NCBI GenBank assembly: GCA_965216795.1
Contig: OZ244196.1
Span: 2,263,496-2,327,495 of the forward strand
Reading direction: 5' to 3'
Length of the DNA: 64,000 bases
From: Pseudomonadales bacterium
Lineage (GTDB): Bacteria; Pseudomonadota; Gammaproteobacteria; Pseudomonadales; UBA7434
Part shown: one piece after another, positions 8,621 through 19,271 of the stretch
Numbering within the stretch: position 1 is the stretch's first letter
Layout: every line of letters begins with the position of its first letter
Translations under genes and position numbers: made by a program
Notes under the pieces: generated by a model
Database searches by the model: none
Told to the model about the DNA's origin: nothing
What the model saw: only the letters and a program-made list of their open reading frames with translations

Positions 8621-10042
8621 TCAATCGAAGATCGGGTCGAGCCTGTGGAACAACGGGTTTTTGTCATCGGGGTTGGTGCCGGCGATAATCATCGACAGTC
8701 GAAGCGTTCGGCGATGGCCCAGTTGCACCAGTTGGGTATCCAGTGCTGTGTTCTCTTCGGCAATTAACGCGGTAATCGCTGCATCGGCCTGCTCGATGTT
8801 GTCAAAGCCCTGTCCGGTGAGTGCAGCGATATCCTGAATGGTCTCGCGCTCGAACCAGTCGCGGTAGCGTGCGTAGTTCATCAGGAAAGCCGGAATCGCG
8901 TGCAGCAGCTCGCGCTCCCAGGGCTCAAAGGCGCTGCTGGTCGGCAGGTTGTCGATATCGACCAGCATCTTGCGAAAGCCAATATCTTCCCAGCGCTTGA
9001 TAACGGGTGTGGGCAGTTCCAGGTCGTAGTCCAGCTCTATGCCCTGCAGTTCGGCGATGGCCTCAAAGGCCCGGCGCGTAATGCTGGTGTATTCCAGTAC
9101 GCCCTCAATCCAGTTGCCGCCCTGTGCTTCGGGCAGCATAAAGAATTTGGCAGCGACGCCGGCCATTTGCAGAAAAGCAACCGTGTGGTAACCAATGGCG
9201 CGCCAGTCGAGCGCGGTGCCGGTGACCTGTTCGTAGTGGCGATACAGCGCGGGGATATCACCCATGTTCTCGTAGGGGTGGCGGCCGCGAAAACAGGCCA
9301 GGTCCCAGTGGATGTCGCCGATGTCGGCAATCTCAAAATCAAGTAATGCCAATACGTCGGTGCCCGATGACATAAACTGCCCGGCATCGCCGGCGATAAA
9401 GCGTGCCTCGTTGCGATGCATGGGCACATTGCGGCGCAACCAGCGCTGCAGGAACTCCTGCTCCGGGTCTATATTGCCAGCCATGCTGCCGTTCTGGTAC
9501 ATGCGCTCGGTAGCACCCAGTGCAATTTCTTCGGGGGTTTGTGGTGGCGTGGCAAGCTGCTTGATGTGTGCGAATTTTTCTACTGGCACCTCGTGCACGG
9601 CCGCCAGGTCAGACATATAGTTGAGCATGGCCTGCCAGCGTTCGTCACTCATCGTCGAGGGGTTTTCGATCGCGGTGTGCAGCATGCCAGGTGCGCGATC
9701 TTCGGTATCGATCCACTCCATGACAAAGGCCTTGGGCGAGTCGACCCAGCCGTAGATATGCGGCACCTTGATACCGTTGGCCTCAAGCGTTTCCATCACC
9801 TGCATTTCAAACTTGAGGTTATCCGGGTCGGCGATGGGGCGGTTGCCACGAAACAGTACGGCTTTTTGCTCGCCGCCTGCGGTATAGCTCACTTTCCACT
9901 GGGGCCGCCAACGCTCCAGTCGGGTGATGTCGGTCACCTCGCCCTGCAGCTGGTCTTTGACCCAGGCTTTAATGCCTGCGTGCTGCTGCGCCTCGAGTGC
10001 GTCGGCCTGGGTAATGGCTGCAGATTCTGCTGCTGTGGTCAT
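8621..10042 (-). CDS. phosphotransferase (APH/choline-kinase-like) family protein
   Basis: Kinase-like catalytic region IAGDAGQFMSSG...LLDFEIADIGDIHWDLA. I prefer the start at 10042 (GGGAG Shine-Dalgarno 7 nt upstream) over the track start at 10093. Confidence 0.7.
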   Translation of the reverse strand: MTTAAESAAITQADALEAQQHAGIKAWVKDQLQGEVTDITRLERWRPQWKVSYTAGGEQKAVLFRGNRPIADPDNLKFEMQVMETLEANGIKVPHIYGWVDSPKAFVMEWIDTEDRAPGMLHTAIENPSTMSDERWQAMLNYMSDLAAVHEVPVEKFAHIKQLATPPQTPEEIALGATERMYQNGSMAGNIDPEQEFLQRWLRRNVPMHRNEARFIAGDAGQFMSSGTDVLALLDFEIADIGDIHWDLACFRGRHPYENMGDIPALYRHYEQVTGTALDWRAIGYHTVAFLQMAGVAAKFFMLPEAQGGNWIEGVLEYTSITRRAFEAIAELQGIELDYDLELPTPVIKRWEDIGFRKMLVDIDNLPTSSAFEPWERELLHAIPAFLMNYARYRDWFERETIQDIAALTGQGFDNIEQADAAITALIAEENTALDTQLVQLGHRRTLRLSMIIAGTNPDDKNPLFHRLDPIFD

Positions 10043-10140
10043 TGCTATGCTCCCATGGGCTGGATGATTGAGAGCAGGATAGGGCGGTTTCATTGACCCT
10101 GCAATGCGCCAAGGGTCAATGAATTTCCGACTGGCTGGCG

Positions 10141-11028
10141 CTAGGGCGAGCCTGCGCCACCCACCGCAACGCTTATCGCGTCGATACGGGCATTACCAGG
10201 CGCCAGCTCGCCAGCGCCGGGCAGCGCACTTGCTACCGCAATAAAGAGTGTTTGCCGCTGCGGCCCGCCCAGCGCGCAGGCAATGGGCGCTGCGCCGTCG
10301 GCCAGGCGCACCGTGTCGGTGACCTCGCCACTCTTGAGCACCCGACTCACGCGCCGCCCCATTGGGTCGGCAAACCACACGGCGCCTTCGGCATCGACGC
10401 AAATGCCATCGGGAGGCGCGTAGTCATTGCCCGCCTCGGGCACCAGCTCGGCAAACACCCGGCGATTTAACAGCGCGCCATTGCTGGCAATATCGAATGC
10501 AAACAGCCGCGAGCCGCCTGACTCGGCGACGATGAGTGTTTTACCATCTGCCAAAATGGCATGGCCATTGGGTGCGAACAGATCGCTGGCAGCAAGACCA
10601 GCCGAGCCATCGGCATTGACGCGAATGCTGTGGCCAGGCTCAGTGGGGTAGTTATCACTATGAACCTTGTAGGCCATGTCGCCCAGCCAGGCGGTTCCAT
10701 CGCTGCGCACTACCATATCGTTGATATCGCCGGTAGCGAGTGCTGATACATCGGCGTGTACGACCAGCGAGCCATCGGCCTCCAGCCGCCGTACTTGCCG
10801 GCTTTCCATTGCGACCAACAGCAAGCGACCATCGGGCACCCAGCCCAGGCCTGAAGGGTAGTCATCATCGAGTGTGCAAACCACTTCGGGTTCGCTACCG
10901 AGCGATGCCCGCAGCACCTGGTGCGCGTTCATATCGACAAACCAGAGCTGGTCGTTGTACCAGCGCGGTGACTCTATAAACTGGAAGCCGGTGTACAAGG
11001 TCTGGGTGACGGTGTGTTCATTAGTCAT
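10141..11028 (-). CDS. SMP-30/gluconolactonase/LRE-like beta-propeller protein
   Basis: ESPRWYNDQLWFVD at the N-terminus and repeated propeller blades (PDGICVDAEGAVWFADP, PNGHAILADGKTLIVAES). Start taken at Met32 of the track ORF (ATG at 11028). Confidence 0.8.
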   Translation of the reverse strand: MTNEHTVTQTLYTGFQFIESPRWYNDQLWFVDMNAHQVLRASLGSEPEVVCTLDDDYPSGLGWVPDGRLLLVAMESRQVRRLEADGSLVVHADVSALATGDINDMVVRSDGTAWLGDMAYKVHSDNYPTEPGHSIRVNADGSAGLAASDLFAPNGHAILADGKTLIVAESGGSRLFAFDIASNGALLNRRVFAELVPEAGNDYAPPDGICVDAEGAVWFADPMGRRVSRVLKSGEVTDTVRLADGAAPIACALGGPQRQTLFIAVASALPGAGELAPGNARIDAISVAVGGAGSP

Positions 11029-11176
11029 TGTCGCAACCTGCCGAGTCGGTTTGCGCACAGTATATGAGTAAACCGGGCTGGCGATGCTTAACGATGCGTA
11101 GTGCCGATACCGAGTGTGCACAGATTGCGGACGATCTATTCACTCAGGCCGCGTTATTGTGTCTAATACCAGCCCT

Positions 11177-12802
11177 ATGACCGCTTTCGATTACATCATC
11201 ATCGGCGCCGGCACCGCCGGTTGCCTGCTCGCCAACCGCCTGTCGGCCAATAGCCGTAACAGCGTTTTGTTACTGGAGGCGGGCGAGCGCGATAGGGGCC
11301 CGCTGTTTAAGGTGCCTATTGCCTTTGGCGCGCTCTATGCCAACCCCCGCTACAACTACTGCATGAACTCCGAGCCCGAGCCGGGCCTCGACAACCGCCG
11401 CGTCGACCAGCCGCGGGGCAAGGTGCTCGGCGGTACCAGCGCGATTAACGGCATGATCTATGCCCGCGGCCAGCGCGAAGATTTCGATCACTGGGCGGAG
11501 CTGGGCAACCATGGCTGGGGTTACAGCGATGTGCTGCCGTACTTCAAGCAGCACGAGCGCAATAGCGACCTCGACGATGAATACCACAACACCCAGGGCG
11601 AGTACCCCATGTCGAATGGGCGCTTTCGACCCGACTGGACCGAGTGGTACCTCGAGGCTGCCGAGTCCGCCGGCATCGTGCGCAACCCCGACATCAATGG
11701 CGCAAGCCCCTTTGGCATTGACTATGCGCAACTGAGCCAGCTCAATGGCAGTCGCTACAGTTCGGCCAGGGCCTTTATCGAACCGATTGAAGCCTCGCGG
11801 CAAAACCTGACCGTGTTGACGGAAGCGCGAGTGACGCGCTTGCTGGTAGAAGGCCAGCGCGTTACCGGTGTTGAGGTTCAGCAGGGCGATGAGCAGCGCA
11901 GCTATACGGCTAACAAAGAAACCGTGCTGAGTGCCGGTACCTTCCATTCGCCGCAGATACTGATGCTCTCAGGTATTGGTGATGCCGCCGAGCTGCAGGC
12001 GCAGGGTATTGATGTCGCTCACCACCTGCCCGGTGTCGGCAAGAACCTGCAGGAGCACATTGGCGTTGATGTCGTCCACGAGTCGGCGCAAGGCCTGACG
12101 ATGCGCGAGTACTTTATGCCGCACCGGCTCATTGCCTCGCTGTTTGAATACCTGTTTAAAGGTACCGGCATGCTGACCTTCCCCGGTGCTGTGGTTTCGG
12201 GGTTTGTGCACAGCTCGGGTGATTTCTCGAAACGGCCCAATATCCAACTGGTGTTCTCGCCGGCAGCCACGCTGGGCAACGATGATGGCTCGACCGATCG
12301 CATTAACATTGTGCGCGGCCTGACCTCGATGGCCTACCCGGTGCGCCCCGATGCGCGCGGTACTGTATCGCTGCAATCAGCCAGCATCGACGATGACCCC
12401 GTCATCCGCCATAACTTTTTGCAAAGCGAGCGCGATTGCCGTGAGATGATCGAGTCAGTGCGCCTGCAGCGCAGCGTGTTTGCACAGCCCTGCCTGCAGG
12501 GCAAAGTGGGTGCCGAGCTGCAGCCAGGCGTGGCGGCACAAAGCGATGATGAGATTTTGGCTTACGCGCGCAGCAATGCCCACGGCTGTTACCACCCGGT
12601 GGGTACCTGCAAAATGGGTAGTGACGCGATGGCAGTCGTCGACAGCCAGTTAAAGCTGCATGGCCTCGAAGGCCTGCGCGTCGTTGATGGCTCGATCATG
12701 CCGACCGTGACTTCGGGCAATACCAACGCACCGATAGCGATGATTGCCGAAAAGGCCGCCGCGATGATTCTGGGCAGCACAACGGGAGTAAACCGGTCAT
12801 GA
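11177..12802 (+). CDS. GMC family oxidoreductase (choline dehydrogenase-like flavoprotein)
   Basis: FDYIIIGAGTAGCLLANRLS FAD loop, GGTSAINGMIYARG, and C-terminal GMC signature HPVGTCKMG. Start at the internal ATG 11177. Confidence 0.9.
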   Translation: MTAFDYIIIGAGTAGCLLANRLSANSRNSVLLLEAGERDRGPLFKVPIAFGALYANPRYNYCMNSEPEPGLDNRRVDQPRGKVLGGTSAINGMIYARGQREDFDHWAELGNHGWGYSDVLPYFKQHERNSDLDDEYHNTQGEYPMSNGRFRPDWTEWYLEAAESAGIVRNPDINGASPFGIDYAQLSQLNGSRYSSARAFIEPIEASRQNLTVLTEARVTRLLVEGQRVTGVEVQQGDEQRSYTANKETVLSAGTFHSPQILMLSGIGDAAELQAQGIDVAHHLPGVGKNLQEHIGVDVVHESAQGLTMREYFMPHRLIASLFEYLFKGTGMLTFPGAVVSGFVHSSGDFSKRPNIQLVFSPAATLGNDDGSTDRINIVRGLTSMAYPVRPDARGTVSLQSASIDDDPVIRHNFLQSERDCREMIESVRLQRSVFAQPCLQGKVGAELQPGVAAQSDDEILAYARSNAHGCYHPVGTCKMGSDAMAVVDSQLKLHGLEGLRVVDGSIMPTVTSGNTNAPIAMIAEKAAAMILGSTTGVNRS

Positions 12803-13638
12803 AGATCCGAATGATCATGCTGTTTACGCTGGCAGCCCTGGCGTATTCGGTAACCTTGAATGCCCAAACTTCAGATGTAGAGATCGTCGCTGTTGAAGAT
12901 GTCCAGTGGGGCTACCTGAATCCGTTGCGCGGTGACAAGAGCCCGGGCGCCGCTGAGCTTTGGGGCGATCGCAGTAAAGATGCTGCTACCGGTATGTTGG
13001 TGCGGTTCAAACCCGGGTTCGCATCGCCACCGCACATTCATAACATCACCTACCGGGGTGTTGTGATCGAGGGGTTGTTGCACAACGATGATCCCGAGGC
13101 GGCCAAGCTGTGGATGCCGACCGGCTCGTTCTGGACCCAGCCAGCCGGTGACAACCATATTACCGCTGCCAACGGCGACACCAACCTGATATTCCTGGAG
13201 ATCGAGAGCGGGCCTTATCTGGTCAAGCCGTCGAAAGAGGCCTTTGATAACGGTGAGCGGGCCGTCAACCTGCACGCCTCCAATCTCGTTTGGTTGGGCG
13301 CGGATGCGCTAACAGCGGTGAATGCTTCGGGTGTTGAGGTGGCATCGCTCTGGGGCCAGTCTGGTAGCGGTGAGCCATGTGGCGCCCTGGTCAGGCTGCC
13401 CGCCGGGTTTAGCGGCAGTATCGCGGCAGACGCTGGTGAGTTCCGGCTTGTGGTGATCGACGGCCAATTGTTGTTTAACCCGGTCGACAAGCAAGAGCAG
13501 CGCAGTCTTTTGCCAGGTAGCTATGTCGGGTTTGCGGAGTCTGCAGGCGCTGTGACGCATACGCTCAGCATCGCTGCCGATGAAGAAACCCTGGTCTATA
13601 TACGTACCGAGGGTCGCTACACCATTCAGGGGCTATGA
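12799..13638 (+). CDS. exported cupin-like protein (DUF4437-like, tentative)
   Basis: 279 aa with a signal peptide (MKIRMIMLFTLAALAYSVTLNA) and a PPHIHN cupin-type His cluster. Its start overlaps the GMC stop (ATGA). The family name comes from memory only. Confidence 0.55.
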   Translation: MKIRMIMLFTLAALAYSVTLNAQTSDVEIVAVEDVQWGYLNPLRGDKSPGAAELWGDRSKDAATGMLVRFKPGFASPPHIHNITYRGVVIEGLLHNDDPEAAKLWMPTGSFWTQPAGDNHITAANGDTNLIFLEIESGPYLVKPSKEAFDNGERAVNLHASNLVWLGADALTAVNASGVEVASLWGQSGSGEPCGALVRLPAGFSGSIAADAGEFRLVVIDGQLLFNPVDKQEQRSLLPGSYVGFAESAGAVTHTLSIAADEETLVYIRTEGRYTIQGL

Positions 13639-13645
13639 TGCCTCG

Positions 13646-14476
13646 TTACCACTGGGCAACATCAACACCATAGTATCGACAAAGCTGTTCATAAAGCGCG
13701 GGCAGCTTTTCTTTCATTTGTCGGGGCTTTTCGAAAAACGACTCAGTAATAACGGCAAAAAACTCGACGGCAGACTCGGCACCGTAGCTGTCGATGACTG
13801 TATTGTGATGCTCATCGACGCGATCAAGGAACGCCTCGTATTCCCGACTCAGCACCTGCGCCCATTCGCGGTAGTGGGCCGGCTCCCTGAGAATGGGCAA
13901 GCCATCCATGATCTCGTTTTCTTCATCGAGCTTGTGCGCAAACTCGTGAACCACCACATTATGGGCATCTTCCGGGTTGCCAGAGCCGTGAGCGACGTAA
14001 TTCCAGGCCAGGACGATAGGGCCGCGATACCACGACTCGCCCGAACGATGCTCGTAGTGCGTTTGGGTCACGCCAGCGGCATCTTCATCGGTGGTGGGTG
14101 CGTGATAAGAGTCCGGGTAGACCAGGATTGTCTCGAAGCCAGGGTAGATAGGCTCGGTGCGCGTTAGCACCAGCAGGCAGGCATTGCCGGCAATGGTCAG
14201 GCGCACGCGATCGTTGATCTCGAAGCCCCCGCGACCGACAAACACTTTGGTCGCAAGAAAGTAGTTGATATGGCCGTGGTAAATCGGTTTGAGCGCTTCG
14301 GGCATTTTGCTGGCCAGCGGCACCTGCTCTTCGAGCAGTGTTAACCAGTCCGCAGGCAGTGGCGTGGCGTAAAGACGCGCGCGCTTTCTGTCGCGCAGGT
14401 AGCCGCGCAACCGCCAGGTAGCGAACGCCGTGGCAAACGCCACCGCGACAAGCAGAAAATATTGCAGCGGAGTCAA
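13646..14476 (-). CDS. zinc metallopeptidase, MtfA/M90-like
   Basis: 276 aa with an N-terminal TM helix and VVHEFAHKLDEEN (HExxH followed by acidic residues), as in the Mlc-titration-factor peptidase family. Confidence 0.7.
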   Translation of the reverse strand: MTPLQYFLLVAVAFATAFATWRLRGYLRDRKRARLYATPLPADWLTLLEEQVPLASKMPEALKPIYHGHINYFLATKVFVGRGGFEINDRVRLTIAGNACLLVLTRTEPIYPGFETILVYPDSYHAPTTDEDAAGVTQTHYEHRSGESWYRGPIVLAWNYVAHGSGNPEDAHNVVVHEFAHKLDEENEIMDGLPILREPAHYREWAQVLSREYEAFLDRVDEHHNTVIDSYGAESAVEFFAVITESFFEKPRQMKEKLPALYEQLCRYYGVDVAQW

Positions 14477-14518
14477 GCGGCTGGCCTCACCGCCGTGTGC
14501 CAGTTTCAGGTTGCCTAC

Positions 14519-15352
14519 TCATTTGAACTGTAACAGTAGCTCTGGCGAATCGTTAAAGTCGCGGGTATTGGTGCCCAGCCGAACGGCAGTCTCTGCGATA
14601 CCATCAGAATAGGAATGACAGACGTTGCGCCGCGACGGTGCATCATCGAGTGGCGTGCCAGCCAGCTTCGAAGTATCAAAGCGCTGTGACTGTGCCACGA
14701 AATAGCCCTTTTGCAGTACATGCGCTGCTTCAAGCGCATCGCCCTCAAAGGACTGCCTCGCCCAGGCCGAAAAACCCTTGAACAGGGTGTTGCCCTGAAG
14801 CGCTTGCGGTTCGACGACGGCAAAGCTTCTGGTAAGCCAGCGATGCACTAATGCGCCATCGCGATACACACAGGCTTCGCTGCCCTCATCGGTCTCATCG
14901 GTCACCGTCACATCGTAGAGCACCTCGGTCAGGGCGCCGCCGCTCAGGCCGCGTGCGTGCACGATGGCGAGAATCGACAGGTCGTACAGGTGGGTGCAGT
15001 TGGCAAAGGGGTTGCCGTTTTTGTTGATGTCCTCGGCGCTGGTGCCCAGTGTAATGCCCACCAACTCTTGCAGGGGCTCAAGGGCGCCGGGGCAGGTCGA
15101 AGCCGGGTAGCGCACCGGGTCGCCATGAATGGCGGTAACGCGCTCTCCATCGTGCTCGATGCGGGTCCGAAAACCGTGTTGGGTATCTTCGAGCTCGCCG
15201 AAGATGTCGGGGCGGGGGCCGCTGCCGGGCAGCGCTGTTAGTCGAATACGGCGCCGGAATATCCCGGTACCGTAATTGGGATTAATAAAGGCATCACCTT
15301 GCGTGTTCTGCAGGGCTTGCTCGATGCTGCCGGTTGGTTTTTTGTCGGACAT
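14519..15352 (-). CDS. hypothetical protein (DUF2889-like, tentative)
   Basis: Long GC-typical ORF of 277 aa. The motifs ELEDTQHGFRTRIEHDG...RYPASTCPGA...CTHLYDL match my memory of DUF2889. Unverified. Confidence 0.5.
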   Translation of the reverse strand: MSDKKPTGSIEQALQNTQGDAFINPNYGTGIFRRRIRLTALPGSGPRPDIFGELEDTQHGFRTRIEHDGERVTAIHGDPVRYPASTCPGALEPLQELVGITLGTSAEDINKNGNPFANCTHLYDLSILAIVHARGLSGGALTEVLYDVTVTDETDEGSEACVYRDGALVHRWLTRSFAVVEPQALQGNTLFKGFSAWARQSFEGDALEAAHVLQKGYFVAQSQRFDTSKLAGTPLDDAPSRRNVCHSYSDGIAETAVRLGTNTRDFNDSPELLLQFK

Positions 15353-15466
15353 GGGCTGCCGATTCGATGGCTGAAATCGGGCAGTATAAATGCAGCGCGG
15401 ACGCGCGAGAACGGCAAATTGGGTCGGAGCGACCCGCTCCTCGTTGGACTATTTTCTGAGTGGTAT

Positions 15467-15494
15467 AAGAAAGGGGGCTATTGCCCCCTTTCTT
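15467..15494 (-). terminator. Rho-independent terminator downstream of the cold-shock gene
   Basis: Perfect hairpin AAGAAAGGGGGC-TATT-GCCCCCTTTCTT 20 nt beyond the csp stop. A GC core stem is followed by a T-rich tract on both strands. Confidence 0.7.
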
Positions 15495-15513
15495 TGATTG
15501 CCGGTGCTAATCG

Positions 15514-15735
15514 CTACAGTGGGCGAATGTTGGCAGCCTGGGGACCTTTCTGGCCCTGAGTCACAGTGAACTCAACCTTCTGGCCTTCAGCAAGGGTCTT
15601 GAAGCCGTCACCGACAATTGCGCTGAAATGTGCGAAGACATCGGGGCCTGAGGATTGCTCAAGAAATCCAAAGCCCTTTGACTCGTTAAACCATTTGACG
15701 GTACCTGATACTGTTTCTGACATAGTAAAACTCAT
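15514..15735 (-). CDS. cold-shock protein, CspA family
   Basis: [15 protein letters not shown] (RNP1) and DVFAHFSAI (RNP2). 73 aa, or 69 aa from the second Met. Confidence 0.9.
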   Translation of the reverse strand: MSFTMSETVSGTVKWFNESKGFGFLEQSSGPDVFAHFSAIVGDGFKTLAEGQKVEFTVTQGQKGPQAANIRPL

Positions 15736-16100
15736 ACATTAATAGAAAGATTTCTCCTGCTTGTTACAAGCAAGAGGTGGTAGAAAATAGACTGACTGGC
15801 TAGAAAATTGAGATCGGAAAGCGCTGCCTGGCAGGCAGCTGTCGAGCAGAAAATTCAGAGAAAGGCTCATTTCTGGCCGCGACCATATAGACGGATGGCA
15901 TTATTGTCAAAAGATTTCGGCAAAATGCGCGAAAATGCGGAGAAATATCGCTTTTTCGTGCCTATTTGCTCGATTTCATTCGCTATAAGGGGCCAGATGC
16001 CTTACAGTGCGCGCCTCTGGGGCAGGCCACCTACCTATGGCCATATGCTGTTCCTCACCCTGCCGCAAAGCTTCTTTGCCGCCAACCGGTCATTCACACA

Positions 16101-17537
16101 TTGAAAACATTTAAAACCCTGGGCCTGTCTGGCCCAATTCTCTCGGCTGTTGCCCGCAAAGGCTACGAATCGCCATCACCCATCCAGGCCAGTGCGATTC
16201 CGCCCATGCTCGAGGGCGCCGATGTCGTTGCCTCGGCGCAAACCGGCACCGGCAAGACCGCCGCGTTTACCCTGCCAATACTCGAGCGCCTGTCGCGGGG
16301 CAAGCCTGCAAAGTCGAACCAGGTACGCGCATTGATCCTGACACCGACCCGCGAGTTGGCCGCGCAGGTCGCCGACAGCGTTGCCACCTATGGTCGCAAG
16401 CTGCCGCTGCGCTCGGTGGTCGTGTACGGCGGCGTCAAGATCAACCCGCAGATGATGAAGCTGCGCAAGGGCGCCGACATCCTGATTGCGACGCCCGGCA
16501 GGCTGCTGGATCTTGCGCAGCAAAATGCCGTGAAGTTCGACCAACTGGAAATACTGGTGCTCGACGAAGCCGATCGCATGCTCGATATGGGCTTCATTCG
16601 CGATATCCAGCGCATCATCAAGCTGTTACCCGAGCGTCGACAGACGGTACTGTTTTCGGCCACGTTCTCGAAAGAGATCAAAAAGCTGGTGGATCGCATT
16701 GTTCGCAACCCGGTGACCGTCTCGGTCGCGCCAGAAAATGTCACGGCCGACCAGATTACCCAGCGGCTCTACCCGGTGAGCCAGCGCCAGAAGTCCGGCC
16801 TGCTGCGCAAGCTGCTGTATGCCAGCGACTGGAACCAGGTGCTGGTGTTTACCCGCACGAAACATGGCGCCAACAAGCTGGCGGCCTTCCTCGAAAAAGA
16901 GGGCATACCCACCGCAGCGATTCATGGGAACAAAAGCCAGGGGGCGCGGACCCGTGCCCTTCGAGAATTCAAGAACCACGAGATCAGTGTGCTGGTCGCC
17001 ACCGACATTGCCGCAAGGGGGCTCGACATAAACCAGCTGCCCCAGGTGGTGAACTATGACCTGCCCAACGTGCCCGAAGACTATGTACACCGCATTGGCC
17101 GAACGGGCCGCGCGGGTGCCTCGGGCCTTGCCGTGTCATTGGTCTGTGCCGATGAGTTTGCGCAGCTGCGCGCCATCGAGAACCTGACCGGCCATATTAT
17201 CGAGCGCGAAGTCGTGGAAGGTTTTGAGCCGGGCGTGCCGCTGCCTGAATCAATAGAAGGTGAAGTGTTTCGCGCACCGAAAAAGAAACGACCGGCCTCG
17301 AAGCGAAAACCTGCCAAAAGCCAGCGTGGATCAAACGGTGCCGATAGCAAGCCCAGGAAACCCCGCAAGAAAAAAGCGGGTGGTAAGTCTGCTAGCGCAA
17401 GCAAGGCTGAACACACTGGCAAGCCAGGCAGAAGCGGTAAGCCCAAGCCAGGCAAGAAGCCAGCGGGTAAAAAGTCTGCAGGCAACAAATCGAAGAAGCA
17501 TCGAGCTGCCGGTCATCGGATGGCCGCAAGCGCCTAG
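16101..17537 (+). CDS. rhlE: ATP-dependent DEAD-box RNA helicase, RhlE-like
   Basis: Q-motif GYESPSPIQ, motif I AQTGTGKT, motif [13 protein letters not shown], and [10 protein letters not shown], with a Lys/Arg/Gly-rich C-terminal tail. I prefer the TTG at 16101 ([10 protein letters not shown] aligns with the usual RhlE N-terminus) to the track ATG at 15966. The start is uncertain. Confidence 0.85.
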   Translation: MKTFKTLGLSGPILSAVARKGYESPSPIQASAIPPMLEGADVVASAQTGTGKTAAFTLPILERLSRGKPAKSNQVRALILTPTRELAAQVADSVATYGRKLPLRSVVVYGGVKINPQMMKLRKGADILIATPGRLLDLAQQNAVKFDQLEILVLDEADRMLDMGFIRDIQRIIKLLPERRQTVLFSATFSKEIKKLVDRIVRNPVTVSVAPENVTADQITQRLYPVSQRQKSGLLRKLLYASDWNQVLVFTRTKHGANKLAAFLEKEGIPTAAIHGNKSQGARTRALREFKNHEISVLVATDIAARGLDINQLPQVVNYDLPNVPEDYVHRIGRTGRAGASGLAVSLVCADEFAQLRAIENLTGHIIEREVVEGFEPGVPLPESIEGEVFRAPKKKRPASKRKPAKSQRGSNGADSKPRKPRKKKAGGKSASASKAEHTGKPGRSGKPKPGKKPAGKKSAGNKSKKHRAAGHRMAASA

Positions 17538-17577
17538 TGGTGCTTGCGCTGCGTGCCAGTATCAGCGCCCCGCTGTG

Positions 17578-19041
17578 TTAGCCCACATCAAAGCTCGACA
17601 GGTTAACCTGCTCAACCCGCTCGCTGTAGCGGGCAAAGTTGTGCGGCCATTGCGTGACGATATTCCCCTGGGGTGATCGGTAGTAATCGTTGGCACCCGA
17701 GCGCCAGACCTCCACGCTGTCGAGCTCTTTTTGTAGTTCGGCGTTGTAGCTGTCCATCACCTCGCGTTTGACGTCGAGCCAGCGCGCGCCGGCCTGGTCG
17801 GCCTCATCGAGCAGCCGCATCATGAACTCTATCTGGTACTCGAGCATCAGGATAATCGAGTTGCCGCCATTGGTATTGGGGCCGTAGAGCATGAACAGGT
17901 TGGGAAAGCCGCTGGTGGTAACACCGTAGTGCGCTTTGGGGCCCTGTTGCCAGGCCTCGTTGAGCGACTGGCCGTTGCGACCATAGATATCGACTACGCT
18001 GGCAAACTGTTGGGTTTCAAAGCCGGTGGCCAGGATAATCGCGTCGACCTCGCGCTCGCTGCCATCTTCGCAGACCACAGACCCTGGTGTAATACGAGTG
18101 ATCGGGTCGGTGACCAGCTCGACATTGCTGCGGTTAAACGTTTGCAGGTAGTTGTTTGAAGCCAGCGGACGCTTGGCGCCAAACGGGTGGTCGGGCGTGA
18201 GCTTGGCGCGCAGCTCGGGGTCTTCGACAACCTGCAGCGCGTCGCGGCCCATTTGCTCGGCGACCTCGAAGAATTCTGGCTCGGTATAGGTCAGCGACAG
18301 CTCAACCACATCGTACAGCGCCTGCCGGCTATCGGCCATCAGCTGCGGGTTTTCACGAAAAGCCGCGCGCTGCTCGTCGGTGTAGGGTTCATCATCTTTT
18401 GCCAGGACCCAGTTGGGCGTGCGCTGGAACACATAGAGCTGTTCAACGTCTTTGGCCACTTCGGGCACAAACTGCACCGCGCTGGCCGCGCTGCCAATCA
18501 CTGCCACCCGCTTGCCGCGCAGGTCGTAGTCATGGTTCCAGGCTGCGGAATGCCATAGCGCGCCACCAAAATCGTTCAGGCCTTCGATATTCGGGTAAAC
18601 CGCAGGGCCAAACATGCCCACCGAGCTGACCAGGAACTGGGCATCAACAATATGCTCGCCGCCATCGACATCGGTAATTGCCAGCTGCCAGCGCTGGGTG
18701 TCTTGCTGCCAGCGGGCAGAGTTGACCGTGGTGCCCAGCCGCAGGTGCGGCACCAGCCCGTAGTCGTTGGCGATGGTTTCAAAGTACTCGCGAATCTCGG
18801 GCTGCGGCGGGAACGGCCGCGACCAGTCGGGGTTGGGCGCAAAGGAATAGCAATAAAGGTGGCAGGCAATATCGCAGGCCGCACCGGGGTAGGTGTTGCG
18901 CTGCCAGGTGCCGCCGACGCGGGGCTCGCGGTCAAAGATCAAAAAATCGCTGCAGTCTTTTTCGAGTAGCTTGATGCCGGTGCACAAACCGCCGGCGCCC
19001 GCGCCGATGATCGCGAAGCGCGTGGAAATAACCTCTGCCAT
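17578..19041 (-). CDS. flavin-dependent (Baeyer-Villiger-type) monooxygenase
   Basis: FAIIGAGAGGL FAD loop, BVMO fingerprint FGGALWHSAAW (FxGxxxHxxxW), and a second Rossmann loop VIGSAASAVQ. Confidence 0.85.
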   Translation of the reverse strand: MAEVISTRFAIIGAGAGGLCTGIKLLEKDCSDFLIFDREPRVGGTWQRNTYPGAACDIACHLYCYSFAPNPDWSRPFPPQPEIREYFETIANDYGLVPHLRLGTTVNSARWQQDTQRWQLAITDVDGGEHIVDAQFLVSSVGMFGPAVYPNIEGLNDFGGALWHSAAWNHDYDLRGKRVAVIGSAASAVQFVPEVAKDVEQLYVFQRTPNWVLAKDDEPYTDEQRAAFRENPQLMADSRQALYDVVELSLTYTEPEFFEVAEQMGRDALQVVEDPELRAKLTPDHPFGAKRPLASNNYLQTFNRSNVELVTDPITRITPGSVVCEDGSEREVDAIILATGFETQQFASVVDIYGRNGQSLNEAWQQGPKAHYGVTTSGFPNLFMLYGPNTNGGNSIILMLEYQIEFMMRLLDEADQAGARWLDVKREVMDSYNAELQKELDSVEVWRSGANDYYRSPQGNIVTQWPHNFARYSERVEQVNLSSFDVG

Positions 19042-19271
19042 TACTCACCTCTTGGCAATGATGGTGCTCTCACCAGTCTAACGCTACTGGCGCCCTAAAC
19101 CGCATTAAATTTGATCAACGGCTATGTGTAAATCCCGGTCGCCATTGAGGCTTTTTACAAGCCCTAACAATCGCCGGATTCTACTGGCCGCAGCCTGCTG
19201 CTAGACTCGCCGGTTAACGCCTACCTGCGCCGCCCAGATGCGGCCACAACATTCACCCTTTGGAGACGACC

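Noticed and set aside
17260-17537. Lys/Arg/Gly-rich repetitive region at the 3' end of the helicase gene.
   Set aside because: It is the basic C-terminal tail typical of RhlE-type helicases, not a separate repeat element.
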